Shown here one piece after another: positions 53,443 through 62,025 of a stretch of 64,000 bases of DNA. The first letter of the stretch is position 1. Each line of letters begins with the position of its first letter. Below the pieces are notes generated by a model, which was not told the origin of the DNA, made no database searches, and worked only from the letters and a program-made list of their open reading frames with translations. The position numbers were made by a program, and so were the translations under genes. This stretch comes from an uncultured Gemmatimonadales bacterium (lineage in GTDB: Bacteria > Gemmatimonadota > Gemmatimonadetes > Gemmatimonadales > GWC2-71-9), in contig CAVPHS010000001.1 of assembly GCA_963704805.1 (NCBI GenBank), positions 594,496 to 658,495 on the forward strand, read 5' to 3'.

Positions 53443-54916
53443 ATGCCTCACCGTCTCTCGAAGTCGCGCTACACCGCCGGCGTCCAATGCCACAAGCTCC
53501 TCTGGTGGAAAGTCCACGAGCCCCTCGCCGTCGAGCTCCAGCCCGACAAAGTGCTGCAGGACCGCTTCGACCAGGGCGCACAGGTCGGCGCGCTCGCGCG
53601 CGAGACAGGTTTCCCGGTGGCGTGCTCGATCGACCTGCCGCATCAAGCTGTCGCTGAACGCGTCAAACTCACCCGCAAGCTGATCGACGACGGCGCGCCG
53701 GCAATCTTCGAAGCGAGCTTCCTCGCCGACAACACCTTCGTCGCGGTTGACGTCTTGACGCCCCAGGACGGCGGCTTTCACCTCACCGAGGTGAAGTCGT
53801 CGTCCTCACAGAAGGAGGAGCACCTCCCCGACGTCGCCGTGCAGATACACGTCCTGGCGCAGAGCGGCATTCACGTCACGGGCGTCGACATCATGCACTT
53901 GAACAAGGAGTGCCATTTCCCGGACCTGGCGAATCTGTTCGAGCGCACCGATGTGACCGAAGCGGTGCAGCCACTCCTCGGCAAAGTCGGCTGGGAAATC
54001 GACGCGCAGCTCGCAGATGCTCGACGGCCCGCTGCCCGACGTGCCGATCGGACTGCAGTGCCACGAGCCGTACGCATGTCCCTTCATGGAGCGCTGCTGG
54101 CCCAAGGATCCCGATCACATCATGCGGCTCTACAACATCGGGCCGAAGAAGGGCTGCGACTTCCTGCTGACCGGCGTGAACCGGATCTCCGATCTTCCCG
54201 CGACGCAGAAGCTCAACGTCACGCAGAAGCGTCAGATCCGCGCGATGAAAGAGGGCCGCATCATCGTCGAGCCGGGCCTCAGCAAGGCGTTGGAAGCGCT
54301 TTGACGGGAGGCTCGGCTTTCTCGACTTCGAGACGATTTCGCGCGCGGTGCCGGTGTGGCCGGGCATGGTGCCGTGGGAGCAGGCGCCGGCGCAGTTCAG
54401 CTATCACGAAGCGAACGGCGACGGCACGTATACGCACGCCGAGTACCTGGCGGAGGGACCGAAGGACTGCCGGCCGGAGCTGGCGCGGCGCATGATCGAA
54501 GCGACGCAGAACGCGGAGAAGGTCGCGACGTACTCGGGCTTTGAGAAGACGAAGATTCGTGGGCTGCAGAAAGGCGGTACCAGAAGTACGAGCTGAGCTC
54601 GAGACGCTCGAAGAGCAAGTTGGTGGATCTACTACCGGTGGTTCGGGAGAACGTATACCACCCGGAGTTCCTCGGCAGCTTCAGTCTCAAGTACGTGCTG
54701 CATCCGCTGGTGCCGGAGCTGACGTACGACGATCTCGTGATCGTGGACGGGCTCGTGGCAAGCGTGGAGATCGCTCGGCTGCTCTTCGTGGCGGGGAAGA
54801 TTCCGGGTGAGGAGCACGACCGCGTGCGGCAGGATCTGCTCAACTACTGCGAGCGGGATACGTGGGCGATGGTGAAAGTGCTGGAGCGGCTGCGCGACCT
54901 CTCTCACAACCTGTGA
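53443..54916 (+). pseudogene. DUF2779 (RecB/Cas4-like nuclease family) gene with about four frameshifts
   Basis: MPHRLSKSRYTAGVQCHKLLWW. Frame pieces: ..EIDAQLA / MLDGPLPDVPIGLQCHEPYACPFMERCW / DGRLGFLDFETISRAVPVWPG..YSGFEKTKIRGLQK / AVPEVRAELETLEEQ / LVDLLPVVRENVYHPEFLGSFSLKYVL. Shifts are near 54015, 54302, 54570 and 54620. Confidence 0.75.
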
Positions 54917-54927
54917 GGCGCATCACC

Positions 54928-55028
54928 GACCCAACGGGTCAGTCGCATGCGTTAGGCATCATGACCCAACGCTCCGGTCACATGTGTTAGGCATGATGAC
55001 CCAACGATCCGGTCACATGTGTCTAGGG
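54928..55028. repeat. Three tandem ~35-bp direct repeats (GACCCAACGnnCCGGTCACATGTGTTAGGCATnAT)
   Basis: Units start at 54928, 54963 and 54998, upstream of DUF1111 paralogue 2. A related motif atgacccagcgcggccacatgtaacc lies at ~42114-42140 upstream of paralogue 1. Confidence 0.8.
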
Positions 55029-55115
55029 AATTACCGAGTAGTGTAGGGGGAACCTCTCGCGATAGCATCCATCCACTATTCAGGAGGTGGACCATGTGTA
55101 AGCGGGAGGTGGACC

Positions 55116-56387
55116 ATGCATAAGCGTTCGCGATTTACATGCAGCGCCCTCACGTCAGTCGCAGTTCTGTTGCTCGCTGGTTGCGAAAACCCACAGAGTG
55201 ATGTCACGAATCCCGCGTCTCCCGACACGACGGTCGCAGACATCGAAGGCATCGATGGCGCCGTCGTAGCGCTGGCCGCGTCGAGGCTGGGTGAGCCGTT
55301 CGCGCGGCTCAATGCCGACGAGCAGGCGCGGTTCGACGCCGGTCGGGACGAGTTCGAAGAGGTCGAGGAGGTCGAGGATGGGCTCGGCCCCGTCTTCAAC
55401 GAGGCGTCGTGCGCCACGTGCCACACCAACCCGGTGGGCGGCACGAACAACCGGATCGAAACGCGCTTCGGCAAGACGACGAACGGAGTGTTCGATCCGC
55501 TGGCGAACTTTGGCGGCTCGCTGATCCAGGACCATGCGATCGGCGCGGTCGGTGGCGATCCGCCGACGCACGAGTTCCTCGCCGAGGTCGTACCTGCCGT
55601 CGCGAACGTCCGCACGGGCCGCATCACGACGCCGCTCTTTGGCCTCGGTCTCGTCGACGCGGTGCCGGATGAGGTGTTCCTGCAGCTCGCACGCCGTCAG
55701 GCCGCCAGAACGCCGCGTACCGCCGGGACACCGAACATGGTGCTCGAAATCAGCACGGGCCGTATGCGCGTGGGCCGGTTCGGCTGGAAAGCACAGGTGC
55801 CGACGCTGCATCAGTTCGCGGGGGACGCGTACCTGAACGAGATGGGCATCACGAACCCCGACTTCCCGGCCGAGAGCTGTCCGCAAGGTGACTGCGCCGC
55901 AGTGGCGGCTTTCAATCCCGCGCCGGACTTGAACGACGACGGCACGGGCGTCGCGGCGTTCGCCGATTTCATGACCCTGATGGCGCCCCCGCCGCGGGGG
56001 CGGAAAACCTTCCAGGTGGCCCAGGGGGGCTCGCTGTTCGCCCAAATCGGCTGTGCCGACTGTCACACGCCCTCGCTCACCAGCTCGGCCAGCCCTGTCG
56101 GGGCGCTGTCGAAGAAGACGTTCAGCCCGTTCTCGGACTTCCTGCTGCACGACATGGGCAGACTGGGCGACGGCATCGTCCAGGGCAACTCGACGGGCCG
56201 CCAGATGCGCACAGCGCCGCTCTGGGGTGTCCGGACGCGCACGATGTTGTTACACGACGGGCGGGCGAGGTCGATCGAGGCGGCAATCGCCGCGCATGAC
56301 GGGCAAGGCCGCTCGGCGCGCGATCGGTTCTTCCGGCTCAGTCGTCGGAGCCGCGCGACACTGGTCGCATTTGTAAACTCCTTGTAG
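55116..56387 (+). CDS. DUF1111 di-haem cytochrome c family lipoprotein (paralogue 2)
   Basis: LLLAGCENP lipobox, CATCH and CADCH. Long runs are identical to 42252..43502. Confidence 0.8.
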   Translation: MHKRSRFTCSALTSVAVLLLAGCENPQSDVTNPASPDTTVADIEGIDGAVVALAASRLGEPFARLNADEQARFDAGRDEFEEVEEVEDGLGPVFNEASCATCHTNPVGGTNNRIETRFGKTTNGVFDPLANFGGSLIQDHAIGAVGGDPPTHEFLAEVVPAVANVRTGRITTPLFGLGLVDAVPDEVFLQLARRQAARTPRTAGTPNMVLEISTGRMRVGRFGWKAQVPTLHQFAGDAYLNEMGITNPDFPAESCPQGDCAAVAAFNPAPDLNDDGTGVAAFADFMTLMAPPPRGRKTFQVAQGGSLFAQIGCADCHTPSLTSSASPVGALSKKTFSPFSDFLLHDMGRLGDGIVQGNSTGRQMRTAPLWGVRTRTMLLHDGRARSIEAAIAAHDGQGRSARDRFFRLSRRSRATLVAFVNSL

Positions 56388-56405
56388 TCTCGAGCGGCGG
56401 CACGG

Positions 56406-56442
56406 AAAAACGAAAGCCGGGAAGCATTGCTTCCCGGCTTTC
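56406..56442 (-). terminator. Intrinsic terminator between convergent genes
   Basis: 14-bp stem gaaagccgggaagc/gcttcccggctttc with a 3-nt loop. On the minus strand it is followed by GTTTTTCC. Confidence 0.65.
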
Positions 56443-56462
56443 TAGCGTAGCGAAACCGGCGT

Positions 56463-56934
56463 CTAGGCGGTCTCGCCAGGCTCCTCGCGCTTGCCGCTGC
56501 GGCGCTCGACGAAGGCACGATGACCGCACGCGCACTGCTCGAGCATGCGGCCGTACCGGTCGGTGCGGAATTCGAGGTACTCGCGACAGACGGGACAACG
56601 CGCCGGCCCGCGATCGACCACGAGTGGACTCCGCGCCGCCGCGCGATGGGGCTTAATTGGGCCACCCCGAGCCCGCGACGAATCCCCGCGGGGCAGCAGG
56701 CGTTGAGGCGGTAGGGGCGGGGGCAGGGGCGGGGGCCGGGGCCGGGGCGGGTTTAGCAGCCGGAGCAAGAGCAGGAGCCAAAGCCGGGGCGGACTCGAAC
56801 AGCACGGCATGCTCGCAGGTGCACAGCGCGCTGCGCGGCGCCTTCGGCGGCGTCGCAGTACTCGGCGAGCGATAAATGGTGCTCGCTGGGTTGTCGATGA
56901 AGCCACCGCAGACGTGGCAGTGAATCGTAGGCAT
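56463..56934 (-). CDS. Zinc-ribbon protein(s) joined by an Ala/Pro-rich linker; either one frameshifted gene or two genes
   Basis: MPTIHCHVCGG..CTCEH then (AP)n is in one frame, stopping at 56653. ..RCPVCREYLEFRTDRYGRMLEQCACGH is in another frame, ending at 56463. Confidence 0.45.
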
Positions 56935-57011
56935 CGCACAAGCTAGCGGTTCGTACCACCATTGTCGAACATTCGGCCGCATTTGAGCACAAACCCGGTT
57001 ATTTTGAGTGC

Positions 57012-57533
57012 ATGTCTCTCACCTTCACCCGCCTGCGCGTCCCGCCCCCCGTTGGCGAGCTGGTCATCACCGCGTCCGACACGGCGATCACCGGCGTGTA
57101 CTTCCAGAAATCGCGCCGCGGCCCGCCGCCGACGCATCAGGCCGGCTGGGTCGAAGCGGGCAGCGAAGGACCAGCCGCGGCATTGCTCGCGCGCGCCCGC
57201 CAGCAGCTCGAGGAATACTTCGCCCACACGCGCACCACGTTCGACCTGCCGCTCGAAGCCCTCGGCTCCGCCTTCGAGCATCGCGTGTGGAACGCGCTAC
57301 GCGCGATCCCCTATGGCACGACGATGAGCTATGGCGAGCTCGCCAAGAGCCTGGGCGACAAGAGCGCCACGCGCGCCGTCGGGCTCGCGAACGCCAAGAA
57401 CCCGATCCCGATCATCGTCCCGTGTCACCGGGTGGTGGGATCGAAAGGCGAGCTGACGGGATTCGGCGGTGGACTGGACACGAAGCGGTGGCTGCTCGAG
57501 CACGAAGGGGCGCTGATGCAGCTGGGAGTGTAG
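57012..57533 (+). CDS. ogt: Methylated-DNA--protein-cysteine methyltransferase
   Basis: IPYGTTMSYGELA and NPIPIIVPCHRVVGSKGELTGFGGGL (PCHR active site). Confidence 0.9.
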   Translation: MSLTFTRLRVPPPVGELVITASDTAITGVYFQKSRRGPPPTHQAGWVEAGSEGPAAALLARARQQLEEYFAHTRTTFDLPLEALGSAFEHRVWNALRAIPYGTTMSYGELAKSLGDKSATRAVGLANAKNPIPIIVPCHRVVGSKGELTGFGGGLDTKRWLLEHEGALMQLGV

Positions 57534-57580
57534 CCGAGGCTACTCTTGTATAACAGCGTTAGGATGCGTTAGTTTTAGAC

Positions 57581-58339
57581 ATGCCTGCCAAGCCCCACAA
57601 GACCATCGACGATGATCTCGCCGCCGCGATCGGCGCCCTCGCCAAGCGCGTCGCTCGCCGCACCAAGTCCGGACACGTCATCACCGGCCGCCTGAAACGG
57701 CCGTTGGGCAACAAGATCTTCATCGCGGTCGCGGATGACGACACCCTCACGCTGCATGCGATCAAGCGGAGTATTGGGGGGGGGCGCCGTCGCCAGACTC
57801 AGTCCCGCGACATCGCCACGCGCCTCGCGGAGATCGAGGCCGTGCTGGAGGAATTCGAGCCGCGCGCACGTGCCCCCCTGACCGACGCCGAAGCGGAAGT
57901 GCTGGCTGAAGGTGGGGCCAAGGTGCCGGGTGACAGCACAGCATTGGCGGATGATGCGCGCGTCCGCGCCGCGGCGGCGTATTCGCGTCTCCTCCGGGAC
58001 AGCTACTCGACCGCGCAGGCAGCGAAGCAGCTTCGCGTGAACACGAGTCGTGTCCGCCAGCGCTTGTCCGGCACGCCGCCGACGCTGTATGGCATCAGGG
58101 TCGGAAAAGAGTGGCGCATCCCGCGCTTTCAGTTCGATCGCGATCACGTGATTCCCGGCCTCGAAGCGGTGCTGGGCGCACTGTCCCGCGACGTGCATCC
58201 GGTCGCCCTGCACGAGTGGTTCACGCTGCGTCACGGCGATCTGTGTGATGAGAGCGGCGCTGAGTGTTACTCTCCCATCGAATGGTTACGCAGCGGTCGG
58301 CCGGCGAGCACGGTCGCGCAATTGGCGGCTGAGCTCTGA
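57581..58339 (+). CDS. Putative antitoxin of RES toxin (HTH plus DUF2384-like C-terminus), unusually long
   Basis: STAQAAKQLRVNTSRVRQRL (HTH-like) and C-terminal YSPIEWLRSGRPASTV. Immediately upstream of the RES gene. Confidence 0.55.
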   Translation: MPAKPHKTIDDDLAAAIGALAKRVARRTKSGHVITGRLKRPLGNKIFIAVADDDTLTLHAIKRSIGGGRRRQTQSRDIATRLAEIEAVLEEFEPRARAPLTDAEAEVLAEGGAKVPGDSTALADDARVRAAAAYSRLLRDSYSTAQAAKQLRVNTSRVRQRLSGTPPTLYGIRVGKEWRIPRFQFDRDHVIPGLEAVLGALSRDVHPVALHEWFTLRHGDLCDESGAECYSPIEWLRSGRPASTVAQLAAEL

Positions 58340-58345
58340 CGTTAG

Positions 58346-58972
58346 GTGCCGAAGTTTCCTGAGCCGCCACCCGCCGCGGAACTTGCCAGGCTCGCCCCAG
58401 ACGAAGCGACGCTTCGGAAGGGCACCCTGTGCTGGCGGATCTACTTCGCCGGTGGCCCCAATCCTTCGACGTGGAATTCCTTCCGGTCGTTTGGTCCTTT
58501 GGCAACGGGTCGCTTCGACCATCACGAGGAGCCGCAACATGTGCAGAAGCGGGGCATTCTGTATGGGGCGGCGCGGGTTTTTACCTGCTTCGCCGAGGTG
58601 TTTCAGGAAACGCACACGATCGAGCGGAATCGCAACGAGCCGTGGCTCGTCGGATTTCGGCTCGCGCGCGATGTGAAGTTGCTCGACCTGTCCGGAAGGT
58701 GGCCGACGAGGGCCAAGGCATCGATGGCGATCGTTTCCGGCAACCGCGCCCGTGCGCGGCGTTGGTCGCGAGCGATTTACGAGGCGTATCCCAAGCTCGA
58801 AGGACTGTTGTATGGCTCGTCCATGGATAGCAACAGACCCACATACGCGTTCTACGAACGGGCCGAGGACGCTCGGCCCACGTCGCCGAGTCTCCATCGC
58901 GCGCTGCGCGATCCCGCGATCGCCGCTGTCGTAGATGCGGCGGGCAAGGAGTTCGACTACCTCGTGGTCTAA
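58346..58972 (+). CDS. RES domain toxin
   Basis: GRFDHH (R), CFAEVFQE (E) and LLYGSSMD (S), spaced as in RES domains. GTG start. Confidence 0.7.
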   Translation: MPKFPEPPPAAELARLAPDEATLRKGTLCWRIYFAGGPNPSTWNSFRSFGPLATGRFDHHEEPQHVQKRGILYGAARVFTCFAEVFQETHTIERNRNEPWLVGFRLARDVKLLDLSGRWPTRAKASMAIVSGNRARARRWSRAIYEAYPKLEGLLYGSSMDSNRPTYAFYERAEDARPTSPSLHRALRDPAIAAVVDAAGKEFDYLVV

Positions 58973-59409
58973 CTCTGTGGTGCGGGACCGATGTGCAGCG
59001 CGACCATCCTCCAGCCCAACGGTCCTCCTCGTGCATACACCGCCGTGTACCGGCGGCGTGTGGTATTCGTGTTGCCATTGCTTGTCCACGACCACTCCGC
59101 CAGCCCGATCAGCACACCCGCGCTACCAAGCGATCGGACCCGAACATCGCTCGTTCGGAAGTAATGGATCTGGAATCCTGGCTGCGCCGGCCCGACATCC
59201 GCCATCTCACCTTTCTTGTCCTTGAGCCGGCCGTTCCCGCTCGTCACGATCAGACTGTCGTCGAACAGCTTGGACGCGAGCGCCGTGTCGTTGGTCGCGT
59301 AGCTCCGCGCCCACGCGCTGTCGAGCCTCAGGAGCGTGTCCCTCGCCGTTTGCGCCGCCGCCGAATGAGCGAGCGCCGCCAGGATTACGCAAACCGTCGC
59401 AGTTCTCAT
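58969..59409 (-). CDS. NTF2-like/SnoaL-like (DUF4440) secreted protein
   Basis: Signal MRTATVCVILAALAHSAAA. LLRLDSAWARSYATNDTALASKLFDDSLIVTSGNG. Confidence 0.65.
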   Translation of the reverse strand: MRTATVCVILAALAHSAAAQTARDTLLRLDSAWARSYATNDTALASKLFDDSLIVTSGNGRLKDKKGEMADVGPAQPGFQIHYFRTSDVRVRSLGSAGVLIGLAEWSWTSNGNTNTTRRRYTAVYARGGPLGWRMVALHIGPAPQS

Positions 59410-59413
59410 TGGT

Positions 59414-60058
59414 TTACCTCGCAAGCAGTGCGTCGATGACCTGTCGTACTTTCTCCGCATTCGTCACACTGAAATGCACCTCGCGAACGCCCGCGTCGCG
59501 AATCTTCCGCACGTTGGTCGCATTGATTGCGCCGCCCGGCAGAATCCCGATGCGACTCTTGGACTGACGGACCAGACGGGCAATCTGTTCCACCCCTTCG
59601 ATCGCCGTAGGCGCGCCTCCTGAGGTCAGCACCCGCACAACGCCCAGCCGAATCAGCGTTTCCAGCGACGTCGCAAGATCGCGACACTCGTCGAACGCGC
59701 GATGAAACGTGAATGGGAGCGGACGCGCCGCCGCGATCAGCTCTGCCGTACGCTCCTCTGCGATGTGATCGCCCAACAGTTCACCGCTCACGACGCCGTG
59801 CGCTCCCACCTCCTTCGCCCGCCGAATCTGCTCGAGCATCGTGCGATGCTCCGCATCGGTGTAGACGAAGTCGCCGGCCCGCGATCGTACCAGCACAAAG
59901 ATTGGAATCGACAGCTGCGATCGGCATTGGCGGAGCAGCGGGATTTCCGGCGTGGTGCCGCCGTGCGCGAGATCGGCACACAGCTCGAGGCGATGCGCGC
60001 CACCTTCGGCCGACGCGAGCGCGGCCTCGAGGGACTCCACTGCCGCTTCGATGAGAAT
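59414..60058 (-). CDS. cutC: Copper homeostasis protein CutC
   Basis: VESLEAALASAEGGAHRLELCADLAHGGTTP. The frame is open up to ATT at 60056-60058, directly after the neighbouring stop. The listed GTG at 60040 may be the start. Confidence 0.75.
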   Translation of the reverse strand: MLIEAAVESLEAALASAEGGAHRLELCADLAHGGTTPEIPLLRQCRSQLSIPIFVLVRSRAGDFVYTDAEHRTMLEQIRRAKEVGAHGVVSGELLGDHIAEERTAELIAAARPLPFTFHRAFDECRDLATSLETLIRLGVVRVLTSGGAPTAIEGVEQIARLVRQSKSRIGILPGGAINATNVRKIRDAGVREVHFSVTNAEKVRQVIDALLAR

Positions 60059-60059
60059 A

Positions 60060-60584
60060 CTAGCGGCGCTTCGAATACTTCACGTCGTAATTCAGCAACA
60101 CCGTGCCGGTCTTCTTGAAGAGCCTCTGCTTGGTCAATACGAGCTTCGCGCTGCCCGTCGATTTCGGCAGCAGCGGCAGCCCATCGCCGAGCAGCACCGG
60201 GATCACGGCGACTTCCACCGCGTCGACGAGCTGCAGCTCTAGCATGCTGCGGAACAGCTCGCCGCCGCCGAACAGCCAGATGTCCTTGCCCTTCGCTTTC
60301 TTCAACTCGGCGACGGTCCGCTTCGGATCTCTTGAGACTGTCGCGTCTGGGACGTCGGATTGCCGCAACGTTGTGGAGAAGACATAGGCCTTCGGTCCCG
60401 GCATCCCGTAGCCTGTGCCCTGGGCGGCCTCGTAGGATTTCCGGCCCATCAGCACGGCATCGTAGTTCTTGAACATCTCCCCAAAGTCGATTTCCGGATC
60501 CATCACGATCCAGTCGTACTCGCCCCTGGGACCCGCGATGTAGCCGTCGAGGCTCATCGCGACCGAATAGCGCACGCGCCGCAT
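60060..60584 (-). CDS. Dihydrofolate reductase family protein (RibD C-terminal domain-like)
   Basis: MRRVRYSVAMSLDGYIAGPRGEYDW..YDAVLMGRKSYE..IWLFGGGELF. Confidence 0.8.
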   Translation of the reverse strand: MRRVRYSVAMSLDGYIAGPRGEYDWIVMDPEIDFGEMFKNYDAVLMGRKSYEAAQGTGYGMPGPKAYVFSTTLRQSDVPDATVSRDPKRTVAELKKAKGKDIWLFGGGELFRSMLELQLVDAVEVAVIPVLLGDGLPLLPKSTGSAKLVLTKQRLFKKTGTVLLNYDVKYSKRR

Positions 60585-60586
60585 CG

Positions 60587-61030
60587 TCACGGCTCCAATT
60601 TGAGGCGGGCAAGCTGGTCGAGGAAGCCTGCTTGTCCGGGCAGGATCTTCTCCTTCGCCATATCCAGACCAAACCAGCCGGCGCGATCGATCTCGGGAAA
60701 CTCCCGGCCCTTCCACGTGAAGGTATTGCTCTTCACCTGCGCCGGATCGCAGTCGCCCCGAACGGCCCACGCGTGCACGATCTTGCCGCTCCGCTGCTTC
60801 AACGGCGTGAGCGGCAGGAAGTCTCCGGCGACCGTGCAGCCCGTCTCTTCGGTAAACTCACGGCGCGCAGCCATGAGTGCGTCCTCGCCAGGCGCGAGCT
60901 CGCCCTTCGGGATCGACCACGCGCCATCGTCCTTCTTTGCCCAGAAGGGGCCGCCCGGATGCACGAGAAACACCTCGAGTGCACCGGCTTGGTAGCGGTA
61001 CAGTAGAAGCCCAGCGCTAGTTTTTGGCAT
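60587..61030 (-). CDS. NUDIX hydrolase
   Basis: SIPKGELAPGEDALMAARREFTEETG (Nudix box GX5EX7REUXEEXGU). Confidence 0.85.
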   Translation of the reverse strand: MPKTSAGLLLYRYQAGALEVFLVHPGGPFWAKKDDGAWSIPKGELAPGEDALMAARREFTEETGCTVAGDFLPLTPLKQRSGKIVHAWAVRGDCDPAQVKSNTFTWKGREFPEIDRAGWFGLDMAKEKILPGQAGFLDQLARLKLEP

Positions 61031-61041
61031 ACATTAAAATC

Positions 61042-62025
61042 ATGCGTCGCCGCCCCTTCGCCGCCGCCGTTCTGGTCGCCGCCTCATTCGCCGCCTGTAG
61101 TGACGGCTCCGGCCCCGCCCCTCTGATCGCGAACGGCACGCTGCTCGCGGCGGAACTCGACACGCTGCACGCGGCCCTCGCGTCCCCGCAACTCAAGAGC
61201 CTGGGCAGCCTCGCGCTGCCGCTGCTGAACCTCCGCGTCACAGTCTACACGATGGATTCGACGATGCTGGGGCGGACAGTGGAGTGGGATCCAATCCGTC
61301 GCCAGCTGCAGTTCACGTCGCGGAGCGGCGCGCCGTCCAATGTGATCAAGCTGATCCTTTATAAGACCGACGACACCGGCTTGCCTGCGTACCCCCCAGA
61401 AGAGGTCGGTTACGCCTATCTCGAGCCGATGAATGAGCGCACCGGCGGCCAGCCGGACAGCGTGTCGCTGCGCTTTGTTGTGTTCAACAACGCGACTCCG
61501 ATCTCAGCCGTCGTAGCGGACATCATGGCGTGGCGCCTTCCGTCCGATGTGGGATGCGGCCAATGCGCGAGCTTCAGTGCATCGGCGGGGCCTGTCAGTA
61601 TCGGGAATCGCACGATCTACCTCGAGGTACCGTATCAAATCCCCGTCGACGGTGACGGACAGTTTTCCGCCACTTCGTGGGGCGGTGGCTTCAACTTCAA
61701 TCACTTCGCGACACTTCCGGGACCGAGCTCGACGGCGGCGACCGCCAATCTGGGTTTTCGTTTCGGAGACGACTCGATCGAGGCAATTTCGGGGCCACTT
61801 CATCCCAACTCGGGCAGGCTGATCGGTAAATCGGAGATCACCATCAACGGTGTCCACTTCGCCACCGTCACGCGTACGGCAACCGGCATTTCGGCGACCG
61901 GGCCCAATGGCCAGCATATGCGCGGCACAGATTTACGTGTGCTCGAAGGGCTCTTCTCGGTTCCCGCGGATATCGCGTATTACATCGAGTGGCCGACGTT
62001 TGTCGTCTTTTTCTGCGGGTGCTAG
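61042..62025 (+). CDS. Hypothetical lipoprotein
   Basis: MRRRPFAAAVLVAASFAACSDG lipobox. No family recognised. Confidence 0.55.
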   Translation: MRRRPFAAAVLVAASFAACSDGSGPAPLIANGTLLAAELDTLHAALASPQLKSLGSLALPLLNLRVTVYTMDSTMLGRTVEWDPIRRQLQFTSRSGAPSNVIKLILYKTDDTGLPAYPPEEVGYAYLEPMNERTGGQPDSVSLRFVVFNNATPISAVVADIMAWRLPSDVGCGQCASFSASAGPVSIGNRTIYLEVPYQIPVDGDGQFSATSWGGGFNFNHFATLPGPSSTAATANLGFRFGDDSIEAISGPLHPNSGRLIGKSEITINGVHFATVTRTATGISATGPNGQHMRGTDLRVLEGLFSVPADIAYYIEWPTFVVFFCGC

